From NCBI GenBank assembly GCA_023264145.1, contig JALQTA010000001.1:15465-79464 (forward strand): 64,000 bases of DNA, read 5' to 3'. This document shows positions 39,150 to 47,566 of this stretch, piece after piece; position 1 is the first letter of the stretch, and each line of letters opens with the position of its first letter. The position numbers were made by a program, and so were the translations under genes. This stretch comes from Minisyncoccota bacterium. GTDB lineage: Bacteria > Patescibacteriota > Minisyncoccia > SW-4-49-11. The notes below the pieces were generated by a model. It saw nothing but the letters and a program-made list of their open reading frames with translations. It made no database searches and was not told the origin of the DNA.

Positions 39150-40280
39150 ATGAAACTTCTCAAACAACTTCTCCTGCCCATTGCAGCATGTGCTGCGGTG
39201 TTTGGAGGAATGCCTGTGGAAGCGCAGGTTGAATCGCTCTCCCCTCGAGAGCAACTCCAGCAGCTGCGTGCAATGCGCAAGGCTGCTGAAGCTCGCAATG
39301 CGAATGCGGGTGAGGTGCAACAGGTGTCCCAACCTGTGAATCCTCCCGTCCAGCAAGCTCCACCGGGTCCACCGCCCGTAATGGCGGCAATTCCGGCCCC
39401 CGCTCCCGTGCTGGCCACCCCTCCTCAAAAGGAGCAGGGGCCTTCCACTTCTGGTATCGTGGTCCCTCCTCGGGACTCGATTCCCCAGCAGGGAGAGGGG
39501 CAGTGGAAGCCCCTCCGAGTTCACACCGAATTCCGTTCCCTTCCGCGGAATACGGCTTTCGATGTGAAGGCTGAGCTGGGCACCCAGAATGGGTGGATGT
39601 TTGGGGCTCAGTTCGTGACTCAGTCTGGATCTTTCACAGGTGAGAACCTGAAGGAGATCTGGAAGGGGTCCTATACGGATACCCGGGCAGAGTTCTGGGG
39701 AGGCCGTCATTGGTCCTCCCAGGATTCTAAAACCCGGTGGTCGGTGAACGCCTTTGTGCGGCAGCTGACACATACCGATTCTGGTGAAGGCAGGAGTCGT
39801 CCGGGCAATCCGGATTCCTACACCTACACCTGGAGGAATCCGGTGAAGCCCCTCACCCAAGTGGGTGTGAGAGCCAGGGTCGAGCATGACCTCATCCGGA
39901 CGGAGAGTCAACAGCTCACCGTTCACCTCAAGGGTGAGGTGGCTGCCACTGTCTCAGGACAGTCTGGCTTGGCCTACGATGTCCAGACAGGCGTCTGGTA
40001 TCGGACGGCACGGATCGAAGCCTATGCTGAAGCCGGTGTGAATAATACCGGCGGGTACGCTAATGGTTACGGCCGTTATTACCTGACTAAGGGTGGTCAG
40101 CTCAAGCCCTTCGTGGAGGTGCGGGGTGAGGTTGGTACTGGCTACCACAACGCCCAAGTGGGCGCTGGTGTCCAGGTGGGGATCGGCAAGAACGCTTACG
40201 CCGAAGGTGTGCTTGGCTACAACGCTGGCACCTCTGGCAATGGCATGGCTGTCATCACCCGGTTCGGTTTCCGATTCTGA
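39150..40280 (+). CDS. GC-rich island gene D: secreted Pro/Gln-rich-linker protein with a beta-barrel-OMP-like C-terminus (...AVITRFGFRF)
   Basis: RBS GGAG upstream and signal peptide MKLLKQLLLPIAACAAVFGGMPVEAQ. A PxxP/Q-rich spacer is followed by about 250 aa of Gly/Tyr/Thr-rich sequence with alternating hydrophobics. It ends in the aromatic C-terminal Phe motif typical of outer-membrane beta-barrels. Confidence 0.55.
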   Translation: MKLLKQLLLPIAACAAVFGGMPVEAQVESLSPREQLQQLRAMRKAAEARNANAGEVQQVSQPVNPPVQQAPPGPPPVMAAIPAPAPVLATPPQKEQGPSTSGIVVPPRDSIPQQGEGQWKPLRVHTEFRSLPRNTAFDVKAELGTQNGWMFGAQFVTQSGSFTGENLKEIWKGSYTDTRAEFWGGRHWSSQDSKTRWSVNAFVRQLTHTDSGEGRSRPGNPDSYTYTWRNPVKPLTQVGVRARVEHDLIRTESQQLTVHLKGEVAATVSGQSGLAYDVQTGVWYRTARIEAYAEAGVNNTGGYANGYGRYYLTKGGQLKPFVEVRGEVGTGYHNAQVGAGVQVGIGKNAYAEGVLGYNAGTSGNGMAVITRFGFRF

Positions 40281-40364
40281 CGCAAAATAGAAACGATAGT
40301 AGCTATCTAATCGGAGTAATCTGAGAAGAGAAGTTGCCTTGACCGTTTCTGGTTTTGAATATAT

Positions 40365-40392
40365 CCCTCGTTGTTCGCAGCGAGGGTTTTTT
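40365..40392 (+). terminator. hairpin CCCTCG-ttgttcgcag-CGAGGG followed by TTTTTTATTT
   Basis: 6-bp stem (extendable with one mismatch) plus a T-run, 85 nt after the gene D stop. Confidence 0.45.
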
Positions 40393-40467
40393 ATTTGTTG
40401 AAAAGGTTAGACAGAGAGGGGATAATATGATATTGTTAATATAGATTATCTTATTGTTAATAAGTCT

Positions 40468-41649
40468 ATGAAAATTGCTTTTATAGGGCAAAAAGGGATT
40501 CCTGCTCTTGGTGGTGGTGGAGTTGAAAATTATGTTGACCATATTGCAGTAAGACTTGCACAGCGAGGACATGAAGTTATTGTTTACACTCGTAAAGCAT
40601 ATGCTCCGGAGGGTATGTATAAACATGTCAAGGTTATCGCGACATCTGGTATTCCTACCAAGAGTTTAGATGCGATTACGCATACCTTTACGGCATTATG
40701 GAAGAGTTTTTTTATCTCTGATTTAGACGTTTTGCATGTCAATTCAGTAGGGCCTGCTTTATTGATTCCTTTTGCACGGTTTGGATTTTTGTTAAAATAT
40801 TTAGTTACGGGTTCATATACAAAGGTCGTATTTACCTTTCATAGTGCTGATTGGTATCATGGGAAATGGAATTTATTTGCAAAATCTATGCTCAAATTAG
40901 GAGCCTGGACTGGTTGTGTCTTTGCGGATGAAGTGATTACGGTATCAAAGAGTTTACGGTATCTTGCCTATAAACAATTTGATGTACGAGCTACCTATAT
41001 CCCTAATGGTACGGTATTTAATCATATTACCTCGGATTCAGAGTTAGCTCAATTTGGACTCAAAAAACGAGGGTATATTGTTTTTATTGCCCGCCTCATT
41101 CATCATAAAAATGCTCATATTTTGATACAGGCCTATCAAAAAATGGCAAAAAAATATGGAAAAAAGCTTGTGATTGTAGGAGGAAATTCCCATACTCCTG
41201 AATATGAGAAATATCTGCATGAATTAGCTCAAGGGGATAAGAATATTATTTTCACAGGGCATCAATCAGGGAGAACGTTAAAGCAATTATTTGCCAATGC
41301 GGCTATTTATGTATTACCCTCATCGTCTGAAGGCTTATCTATTTCTCTCTTGGAAGCTGCAAGTTATGGAGTACCTGTGGTTGTCTCTAATATACGAGAA
41401 AACCGTGAAATTGTAGGAGATCTTGGACATATTGCGGAAGTTGATAGTGTGGTCTCATTAGCTCATACGATTGAAGGAGTTTTGATGGATTATCGGGGAG
41501 CCTTAGAATTAGCAGATATGTTGCAGGCAGAAATTAAATATCATTATGCCTGGAATAATATTGTAAGAGCTTTAGAAAATGTATATAAAAGAGATTCAAA
41601 TCAATATAAAGGAGCTAGTATACAAGTTACTCCAGCTTTGAAATATTAA
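40468..41649 (+). CDS. family 1 (GT4-type) glycosyltransferase
   Basis: N-terminal IPALGGGGVENYV and C-terminal LPSSSEGLSISLLEAASYGVPVV motifs. Confidence 0.65.
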   Translation: MKIAFIGQKGIPALGGGGVENYVDHIAVRLAQRGHEVIVYTRKAYAPEGMYKHVKVIATSGIPTKSLDAITHTFTALWKSFFISDLDVLHVNSVGPALLIPFARFGFLLKYLVTGSYTKVVFTFHSADWYHGKWNLFAKSMLKLGAWTGCVFADEVITVSKSLRYLAYKQFDVRATYIPNGTVFNHITSDSELAQFGLKKRGYIVFIARLIHHKNAHILIQAYQKMAKKYGKKLVIVGGNSHTPEYEKYLHELAQGDKNIIFTGHQSGRTLKQLFANAAIYVLPSSSEGLSISLLEAASYGVPVVVSNIRENREIVGDLGHIAEVDSVVSLAHTIEGVLMDYRGALELADMLQAEIKYHYAWNNIVRALENVYKRDSNQYKGASIQVTPALKY

Positions 41650-41653
41650 TAGT

Positions 41654-42940
41654 ATGGCTCGATTACTTGCTAAAATGATTCCGCTATTCAAATGGACTAT
41701 TATTACTTTGATAGGGTTAGTTTTGGTGATAGTCATATGGGGATGGGGAGCGTATGGAAAAGAAATTCAATTAGTACAAGCATTATCTCAGGATACTGAG
41801 ACCACCTATTTAGTTTTATTTCAAAACACTTTAGAATTACGTCCTACTGGTGGATTTGTAGGGAATTTTGCAGAGTTAACCATAGAAAAGGGGAGAATAA
41901 AAAATTATACGATTTATAATACAAATGCCTTTGATTTTGGAAAGCCAGGTATTGATTCCCCTCAGCCATTTAAGGATATGCTTGGGGTACAACAAATTCA
42001 GATGAGAGATGGGAATTGGTCTCCTCATTTCCCAGCTACGGCTGAGCAGATGATTTCTCTTTACGAATTACAAGGGGGAGAAAAAGATATTACGGGGGTA
42101 ATAGCAGTTAATGCTTTGCTGTTACCAGAAGTATTGAGAATTATGGGGCCAGTGACGGTGGATGGGATAGATGAAGAGTTGACAGCAGATAATGTCTTAT
42201 TAACGATTCAATATGAGTTGAATTTTGGATTTATGGAGAGGGGAGTAGATAGGCGTGATCGAAAAGAACCAATTCGGGATCTTGCAGCTCAATTAGAAAG
42301 TAAAATATCTACAACCTCACCTATGAATTTGTATCGGTTAGCAACAATGTTAGTAGATCAAGCGGATAAAAAACAGATTTTAATGTGGAGTAAGGATGAT
42401 AGGGTACAAAAAAGAATTGATAATTTAGGATGGAATGGAGTAATCGATACTGACACGGTAGGAGATTATTTTATGTTAGTGGATGCTAATCTAGGCGCTC
42501 TTAAAACAGATTATTATATGGAGAGAGATATTATGAAAACGGTTGATGAGTGTGGAGATAAGTTATGCTCTAAAATACGTATTATCTATCGTAATACCGC
42601 CAAAACAGCATCAGAATTAAATAATGACTATAAATCATATAGTCGAGTCATATTACCAAAAGATGCCTTTATTACGAATATTACCGGGATAGAATCTCGT
42701 CCAATACCTATAGATTATAGTACTGCCTATAATAAAAAATTTGCAGGATTTGAGATTAATGTTCCCTTTAATGGCCAGAGAGAGGTTATTGTGGAATATA
42801 CGATGCCTCAACTGAAGGAATATACCTTGGACATTCAAAAACAGTCAGGAATTGTAGGATATAATTTTGAATTAGAGTATCGACCAGGGAATAAAAAGGA
42901 GAAGGTATTTATTGATTCCGATTGGAGTTGGAAAGAATAA
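41654..42940 (+). CDS. DUF4012-domain membrane-anchored protein
   Basis: N-terminal TM, then the LELRPTGGFVGNFAEL motif that I recognise as the DUF4012 hallmark; commonly linked to surface-polysaccharide loci. Confidence 0.45.
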   Translation: MARLLAKMIPLFKWTIITLIGLVLVIVIWGWGAYGKEIQLVQALSQDTETTYLVLFQNTLELRPTGGFVGNFAELTIEKGRIKNYTIYNTNAFDFGKPGIDSPQPFKDMLGVQQIQMRDGNWSPHFPATAEQMISLYELQGGEKDITGVIAVNALLLPEVLRIMGPVTVDGIDEELTADNVLLTIQYELNFGFMERGVDRRDRKEPIRDLAAQLESKISTTSPMNLYRLATMLVDQADKKQILMWSKDDRVQKRIDNLGWNGVIDTDTVGDYFMLVDANLGALKTDYYMERDIMKTVDECGDKLCSKIRIIYRNTAKTASELNNDYKSYSRVILPKDAFITNITGIESRPIPIDYSTAYNKKFAGFEINVPFNGQREVIVEYTMPQLKEYTLDIQKQSGIVGYNFELEYRPGNKKEKVFIDSDWSWKE

Positions 42941-42942
42941 TA

Positions 42943-45069
42943 TTATTCAAAATGAATGTTTTCTTCAAAATAGGATAATCGAGATTTCAGTTCAGGATAT
43001 TGATTAAGGGTATAATCTTGAGATAACACTTCTTGAGATAATGATTTTGTCTGTACAATAATATCGTGATTCAACAGAGCTTCCATGCTAATATCAGAGA
43101 GTCCGGATTGATTGGAGCCAATAAATTGACCAGGTCCTCGTATTGCTAAATCTTTTTCTGCTAGTTCAAATCCACTAGTGGCTTCTTCGATAGCCTTTAG
43201 CCTTTGATTCATAGAGACTTCTTGATCACTTGTTTCGAATAAAAAGCAAAATGATTGATGTTCTCCTCGTCCTACTCTTCCTCTGAATTGATGTAATTGA
43301 GCGAGTCCAAATCTTTCAGCTCCTTCTACCACTATAATACTTGCATTCGGAATATCAATACCAACTTCAATGACTGAAGTTGCAACCAGAATATCAAATT
43401 TTCTCTGTTTAAAGTCCTGGATAATGCGGTCTTTTTCGGCAGTTTTCATTTTTCCATGCATCATTTGTATACGTAAATCAGGAAAGATATTGGTGGATAA
43501 ATCGTGAAAACTTTCTTCCACGGATCGTATATCTGATTCTTGATCAGCCTCAATTTTGGGACATACTACAAAGGCTTGTCTTCCTGATTGAATATGCTTA
43601 CGAATAAATGTATAGGCTTCAGTTCTTTTAGATGGAGGCACTAACTTTGTTTTAATGGCTTTTCTTCCTGCAGGATATTCATTTAATAAAGAAACATCCA
43701 AATCTCCATATATACTTAATGCTAAGGTTCTCGGGATGGGGGTGGCTGTCATACTTAAAAGATGAGACATAGTTTCTTTATTACTATGGGAATGTTTATT
43801 CATCATGGTTTGTAATTCAGAGCGTTGTTTTACTCCAAATCGATGTTGTTCATCAACAATAGTTAAAGCAAGATTATGATACTCAAGGCTATCTCGGATT
43901 ACGCTATGAGTTCCGATAATAATATGTACTTGGCCTCTCGATATTTTTTTTAATAACTCTTTTTTAGGAATAGTGATCCAATAATCAAGATGAGGATCAG
44001 TAGAGATGCGAGACTCTTTGGCAGTAATAAGTGCAATTACAGGGAGATTGGGGATATGAGCGGTGAGTTTGGTAATACTCTCAAAGTGCTGGGTGGCTAA
44101 TATTTCAGTAGGAGCCATTAATACAGATTGATAGCCATTATAATGGGTATTAATCATAGCAATAGTAGCTACAATGGTCTTTCCGGTTCCTACATCTCCC
44201 TCTAAGAGTCTATTCATCGGAGAAGGTTTGGAGGTATCATGTAGAATATCTTGAATTGCAGTATGTTGGGCTTGAGTAAGATGAAAAGGAAGATCTTCGA
44301 TAATAGTTTTAATAGTATCATGATGTATCGTAAGATTAGGAGCGTATTTGGATTGAAACATCATTTTTTGTTTTGCAATGTATAATTGCATAATAAAGGC
44401 TTCTTCAAAAATTAATCGGTTCTTTGCCAGGTGTATTTGTTCAACGGTTTGAGGATAATGTAAATAGCGTATGGTTTCATTAATACTGAGAATATTTGCT
44501 TTCCTGAGTATCCATTCGGGTAAAGTTTCAGGTAAGATACCAAATTGTTTGAGCGCTAGATCAATACGATAACGGATCATTTTAGAACTAATACCAGCAG
44601 TTTCAGGATATATGGGGACTAATCTATGGGAATGTAATAATATTTTATGAGGTAATATTCTTTCAAAACTCATCTGGGTGAGGGGTGTTTTGGCCGTATG
44701 TTTAATAATAGCTGATAGAGCATAGGTTGAATTAACCTGAAGAGATTCAAAAAGAAGTTTTTGATTAAATAGGGTAATAGTCAGAGTGTCACTAGTATCT
44801 TGAATGGTAATTTCGGCGATGGTTAATTTGCGTCCTCGTAGACGAGTTTGTTTTTTATGAATAATCGTGACTTCAAATACAACTGCTTGCCCATCAGGAA
44901 TGGTATTAATTTGACTGAGAGTTTGAAGATGAGTATAATTAACAAATTTTTTAGGAGGATACAGAAGTAATTGGGCTAAGGTGAATATACCTAATTTATG
45001 CAAACTATGCACAAGACGGGGGGTAGGTTTTGGTTTTAGATTTGTAATTGAGGTATAGAGAACATTCAT
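42943..45069 (-). CDS. recG: ATP-dependent DNA helicase RecG
   Basis: 708 aa with an N-terminal wedge/OB region. Helicase motifs are DVGTGKT (Walker A), DEQHRFG (DEQH) and QLHQFRGRVGRG. Confidence 0.85.
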   Translation of the reverse strand: MNVLYTSITNLKPKPTPRLVHSLHKLGIFTLAQLLLYPPKKFVNYTHLQTLSQINTIPDGQAVVFEVTIIHKKQTRLRGRKLTIAEITIQDTSDTLTITLFNQKLLFESLQVNSTYALSAIIKHTAKTPLTQMSFERILPHKILLHSHRLVPIYPETAGISSKMIRYRIDLALKQFGILPETLPEWILRKANILSINETIRYLHYPQTVEQIHLAKNRLIFEEAFIMQLYIAKQKMMFQSKYAPNLTIHHDTIKTIIEDLPFHLTQAQHTAIQDILHDTSKPSPMNRLLEGDVGTGKTIVATIAMINTHYNGYQSVLMAPTEILATQHFESITKLTAHIPNLPVIALITAKESRISTDPHLDYWITIPKKELLKKISRGQVHIIIGTHSVIRDSLEYHNLALTIVDEQHRFGVKQRSELQTMMNKHSHSNKETMSHLLSMTATPIPRTLALSIYGDLDVSLLNEYPAGRKAIKTKLVPPSKRTEAYTFIRKHIQSGRQAFVVCPKIEADQESDIRSVEESFHDLSTNIFPDLRIQMMHGKMKTAEKDRIIQDFKQRKFDILVATSVIEVGIDIPNASIIVVEGAERFGLAQLHQFRGRVGRGEHQSFCFLFETSDQEVSMNQRLKAIEEATSGFELAEKDLAIRGPGQFIGSNQSGLSDISMEALLNHDIIVQTKSLSQEVLSQDYTLNQYPELKSRLSYFEENIHFE

Positions 45070-45080
45070 AATAACACTAT

Positions 45081-45157
45081 TGGTGTACCTAAGAGGATTT
45101 GAACCTCTGGCCTCAGGTTCCGCAAACCTGCGCTCTATCCAGCTGAGCTATAGGTAC
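45081..45157 (-). tRNA. tRNA-Arg (anticodon read as GCG; CCA encoded)
   Basis: Hand-folded: GTACCTA-TA-GCTC-AGCTGGATA-GAGC-G-CAGGT-TTGCGGA-ACCTG-AGGCC-AGAGG-TTCAAAT-CCTCT-TAGGTAC-A-CCA. The D-arm is identical to enterobacterial tRNA-Arg. The track ORF 45080..45289(+) is its antisense. Confidence 0.65.
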
Positions 45158-45158
45158 A

Positions 45159-45635
45159 TTAAATCTTCAAAAAATGATCTAGGGTGTCAAAAAAAGATTC
45201 TTTCCCGTCTTCACGAGGAATATATTGAGATAATATTTCAGCAAGTTCTTCAGGATCTTCTTTACCTACTGGTATACGAGTATGAGTAAGAATACCAACT
45301 GTCATGTAAAGAGAGATAAATTGTACTTCACCTCGTTTAAAGACACCAAATGATTCGATATCTTGATATTGAAATGTCTTTTTTTGATCGAGCGTTATCC
45401 CCGTTGTGGTAATATCAATGGTAATAATCTGAGGTTCTTTATTGGAAATAATGAGGGTCAAAATAAATGTCAGTAATATCACAATGAACATCATGGGGGA
45501 TTGCTCTATAACAGCATAAGCAAGAAGGATAATTGCAATGATTCCTGCTAAGATGTACCAGGTAGGTGTTTTTTCATATCTATCAAATTCAGGTGATTGA
45601 TAGCTATATACTAAATGTGCTTTTTGTGTAGCCAT
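45159..45635 (-). CDS. hypothetical membrane protein (two TM helices plus a small soluble domain)
   Basis: ORF with two hydrophobic helices (ILAGIIAIILLAYAVI, MMFIVILLTFILTLII); no family recognised. Confidence 0.3.
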   Translation of the reverse strand: MATQKAHLVYSYQSPEFDRYEKTPTWYILAGIIAIILLAYAVIEQSPMMFIVILLTFILTLIISNKEPQIITIDITTTGITLDQKKTFQYQDIESFGVFKRGEVQFISLYMTVGILTHTRIPVGKEDPEELAEILSQYIPREDGKESFFDTLDHFLKI

Positions 45636-45689
45636 ATATTTTTGTATTATCTTGTGATTATATCATAAAATCGAGAAATACAAAATCGG

Positions 45690-46382
45690 CTATTTTTTTT
45701 GATTTTGCTTCCATTCATGAATGCGTTGATGATTCCCAGAAAGTAATATATCGGGTACAGTCCAGGTATTCGGGGCATCTTCTATAATAAGATGGGGATT
45801 GTCGGGAGTAAATTCTGCGGGTCGTGAGTATTGAGGATACTCTTTTGTATTAGTATATGTCCATGATTCTTCAGATAAGGATTCTTCATTTCCTAATACA
45901 TCAGGAATATGGCGAGATATAGCATCTAGCATGGTCAATGCCGGTAATTCACCCCCGGTTAATATAAATTGCCCAATAGAGAGTGATTCATGGATTAAAT
46001 ATTCTTCTACACGAGCATCAATTCCTTCATATCTGCCGCAAATAAAAATAATATGATTATATTCTTTGCCTAAAGAAATTGCTTTCTCTTGATTAAATAT
46101 AGGAGCTCCTGCTTTTGTAAGAATAATGTGTTTATTGGTATCTGGATATTCTTTGAGAATATGCTCTAAGGTATAATAAATAGGTTCTATTTGTAATATC
46201 ATACCAGCGCCACCACCAAATGGTGCGTCATCTACTTTATTATGACTATCGTGACTATAATCTCGTATATTGTGAATACCAATTTGAATACTTTTCTTAA
46301 TCGTATGAGCTCTCCCAATTACCCCACTATTAACATAAGGTTCTATCACTGAGGGAAAGAGGGTTAGAATGTCAAATCGCAT
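45690..46382 (-). CDS. trmD: tRNA (guanine37-N1)-methyltransferase
   Basis: MRFDILTLFP N-terminus, and GRYEGIDARV and LTGGELPA motifs. Confidence 0.85.
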   Translation of the reverse strand: MRFDILTLFPSVIEPYVNSGVIGRAHTIKKSIQIGIHNIRDYSHDSHNKVDDAPFGGGAGMILQIEPIYYTLEHILKEYPDTNKHIILTKAGAPIFNQEKAISLGKEYNHIIFICGRYEGIDARVEEYLIHESLSIGQFILTGGELPALTMLDAISRHIPDVLGNEESLSEESWTYTNTKEYPQYSRPAEFTPDNPHLIIEDAPNTWTVPDILLSGNHQRIHEWKQNQKK

Positions 46383-46394
46383 ATATCTATATGA

Positions 46395-46718
46395 TTATAG
46401 GTCTAAATCAGCAACTGCTTTATCAATATCTTCAGTGTGATTTGATCGTGTTTCATTGCGTACACCTTGTTCTGGTTCTAAAATTTTTAAATTAACTCTG
46501 GCATTATTTCGAGCTCCTACAATACGAAGTAGAGATCGAATTGCTTTTGCTGTAGATCCAGATTTTCCAATAACATATCCCATATCACTTGGATTAACTT
46601 GAAGGGTAATCAATACACCCATCTCATCCACCGTTCTTTCTATAAGAACATCATTCGGATTATCTACAATTGATTTAACAATATAGGTAACAAATTCTTT
46701 ATCTCCTGCCTTTTCCAT
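46395..46718 (-). CDS. KH-domain RNA-binding protein (KhpA/YlqC-like)
   Basis: VIGKSGSTAKAIRSLL GxxG KH motif. It is adjacent to trmD, as in many ribosomal-maturation operons. Confidence 0.55.
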   Translation of the reverse strand: MEKAGDKEFVTYIVKSIVDNPNDVLIERTVDEMGVLITLQVNPSDMGYVIGKSGSTAKAIRSLLRIVGARNNARVNLKILEPEQGVRNETRSNHTEDIDKAVADLDL

Positions 46719-46801
46719 TTCTGTGTTTTTATCTGTTAATCAAAGTTATATAAACTTTATATCCATAGTATATCATATTTAATGTTAGATACAAGCATAT
46801 C

Positions 46802-47509
46802 TTAATGAGCTAAAATAACCGCATGTATATTACGAAAACCTTTTTTATAGAGAGCTGAGGCGGCTTCATTTATTGTGGATAACGTAGTCGTTACATCATC
46901 AATCAGAATAATAATATCATTTTGGGTTGGTTTAGAGTGAGCAATGAAGGCTTCTTTGACATTGGCTATTCTTTCTGATTTATCATGAATTTTCATCTGT
47001 TGGGGAGTGTTTTTTATACGTTCTAAATCAGTATATACAGGTAATCTTAATTGGCTAGCAATATATTGAGCTAATAAATCGGACTGATTATATGTTCTAA
47101 AGAGAAGTCTTTTAGGGTGTAGGGGGATAGGACAAAGAATAATATGAGATTGTAGACGTATTGCCTGAGTTATGGCTCTGAGCATGAGTCCACCTAAAGG
47201 ATTAGATAGTTGAGGAAGATTCTTATATTTAAGATAATGAATACTTTTGCGAATAATGGGATCATTGAATAATGTGCATGATAATACGGTAATGAGATGA
47301 GAGTTTTCTAAAGGATATTGTATTTCAGTAAAGGCTGTTGGCCTAAATAAAGGAGGCTGAGTAATATGACTATTTATCCATAATTTGGGTTTATGAGGGA
47401 TTTTGAGTATGCATGTGTCGCATAAATTATCATCACTCAATGTATGGCAGATAATACATTGATTAGGGATGCAGATATTTTTGAGAAGTTGAAGGAGTGA
47501 GTATTGCAT
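46802..47509 (-). CDS. comFC: competence protein ComFC-like phosphoribosyltransferase
   Basis: N-terminal four-Cys ribbon (CIICH...CDTC) and a C-terminal PRTase motif IILIDDVTTTLST. Confidence 0.6.
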   Translation of the reverse strand: MQYSLLQLLKNICIPNQCIICHTLSDDNLCDTCILKIPHKPKLWINSHITQPPLFRPTAFTEIQYPLENSHLITVLSCTLFNDPIIRKSIHYLKYKNLPQLSNPLGGLMLRAITQAIRLQSHIILCPIPLHPKRLLFRTYNQSDLLAQYIASQLRLPVYTDLERIKNTPQQMKIHDKSERIANVKEAFIAHSKPTQNDIIILIDDVTTTLSTINEAASALYKKGFRNIHAVILAH

Positions 47510-47566
47510 ACTTGTGAATGGTATGATACTATCATACTATAGAAATACGTAAAAAATAAAAATACC

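Noticed and set aside
36999-40290. About 20 overlapping ORFs on both strands inside the GC-rich segment. Examples are 37029..37337(-), 37222..37809(-), 37389..37595(-), 37767..38120(-), 38158..38568(-), 38540..38926(-), 38773..38979(-), 39108..39926(-), 39134..39418(-), 39160..39390(-), 39954..40157(-), and on the plus strand 36999..37319, 37329..37559, 37820..38047, 38677..38901, 38829..39089 and 40093..40290.
   Set aside because: High-GC DNA has few stop codons in any frame, so long spurious ORFs are expected. None has a promoter, RBS or signal-peptide logic. The four plus-strand genes with RBS, signal peptide, promoter and terminator account for the region.
40281-40364. Possible additional promoter (TTGCCTTGACC...) in the 85-nt AT-rich spacer between the gene D stop and its terminator
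   Set aside because: Only a weak -35-like hexamer is present, with no convincing -10 at proper spacing. It is more likely just 3' UTR. The downstream GT1 gene has its own upstream region after the terminator.
45080-45289. 69-aa plus-strand ORF MVYLRGFEPLASGSANLRSIQLSYRYIK...
   Set aside because: It is the antisense reading of the minus-strand tRNA-Arg; GFEP is the T-arm read backwards.
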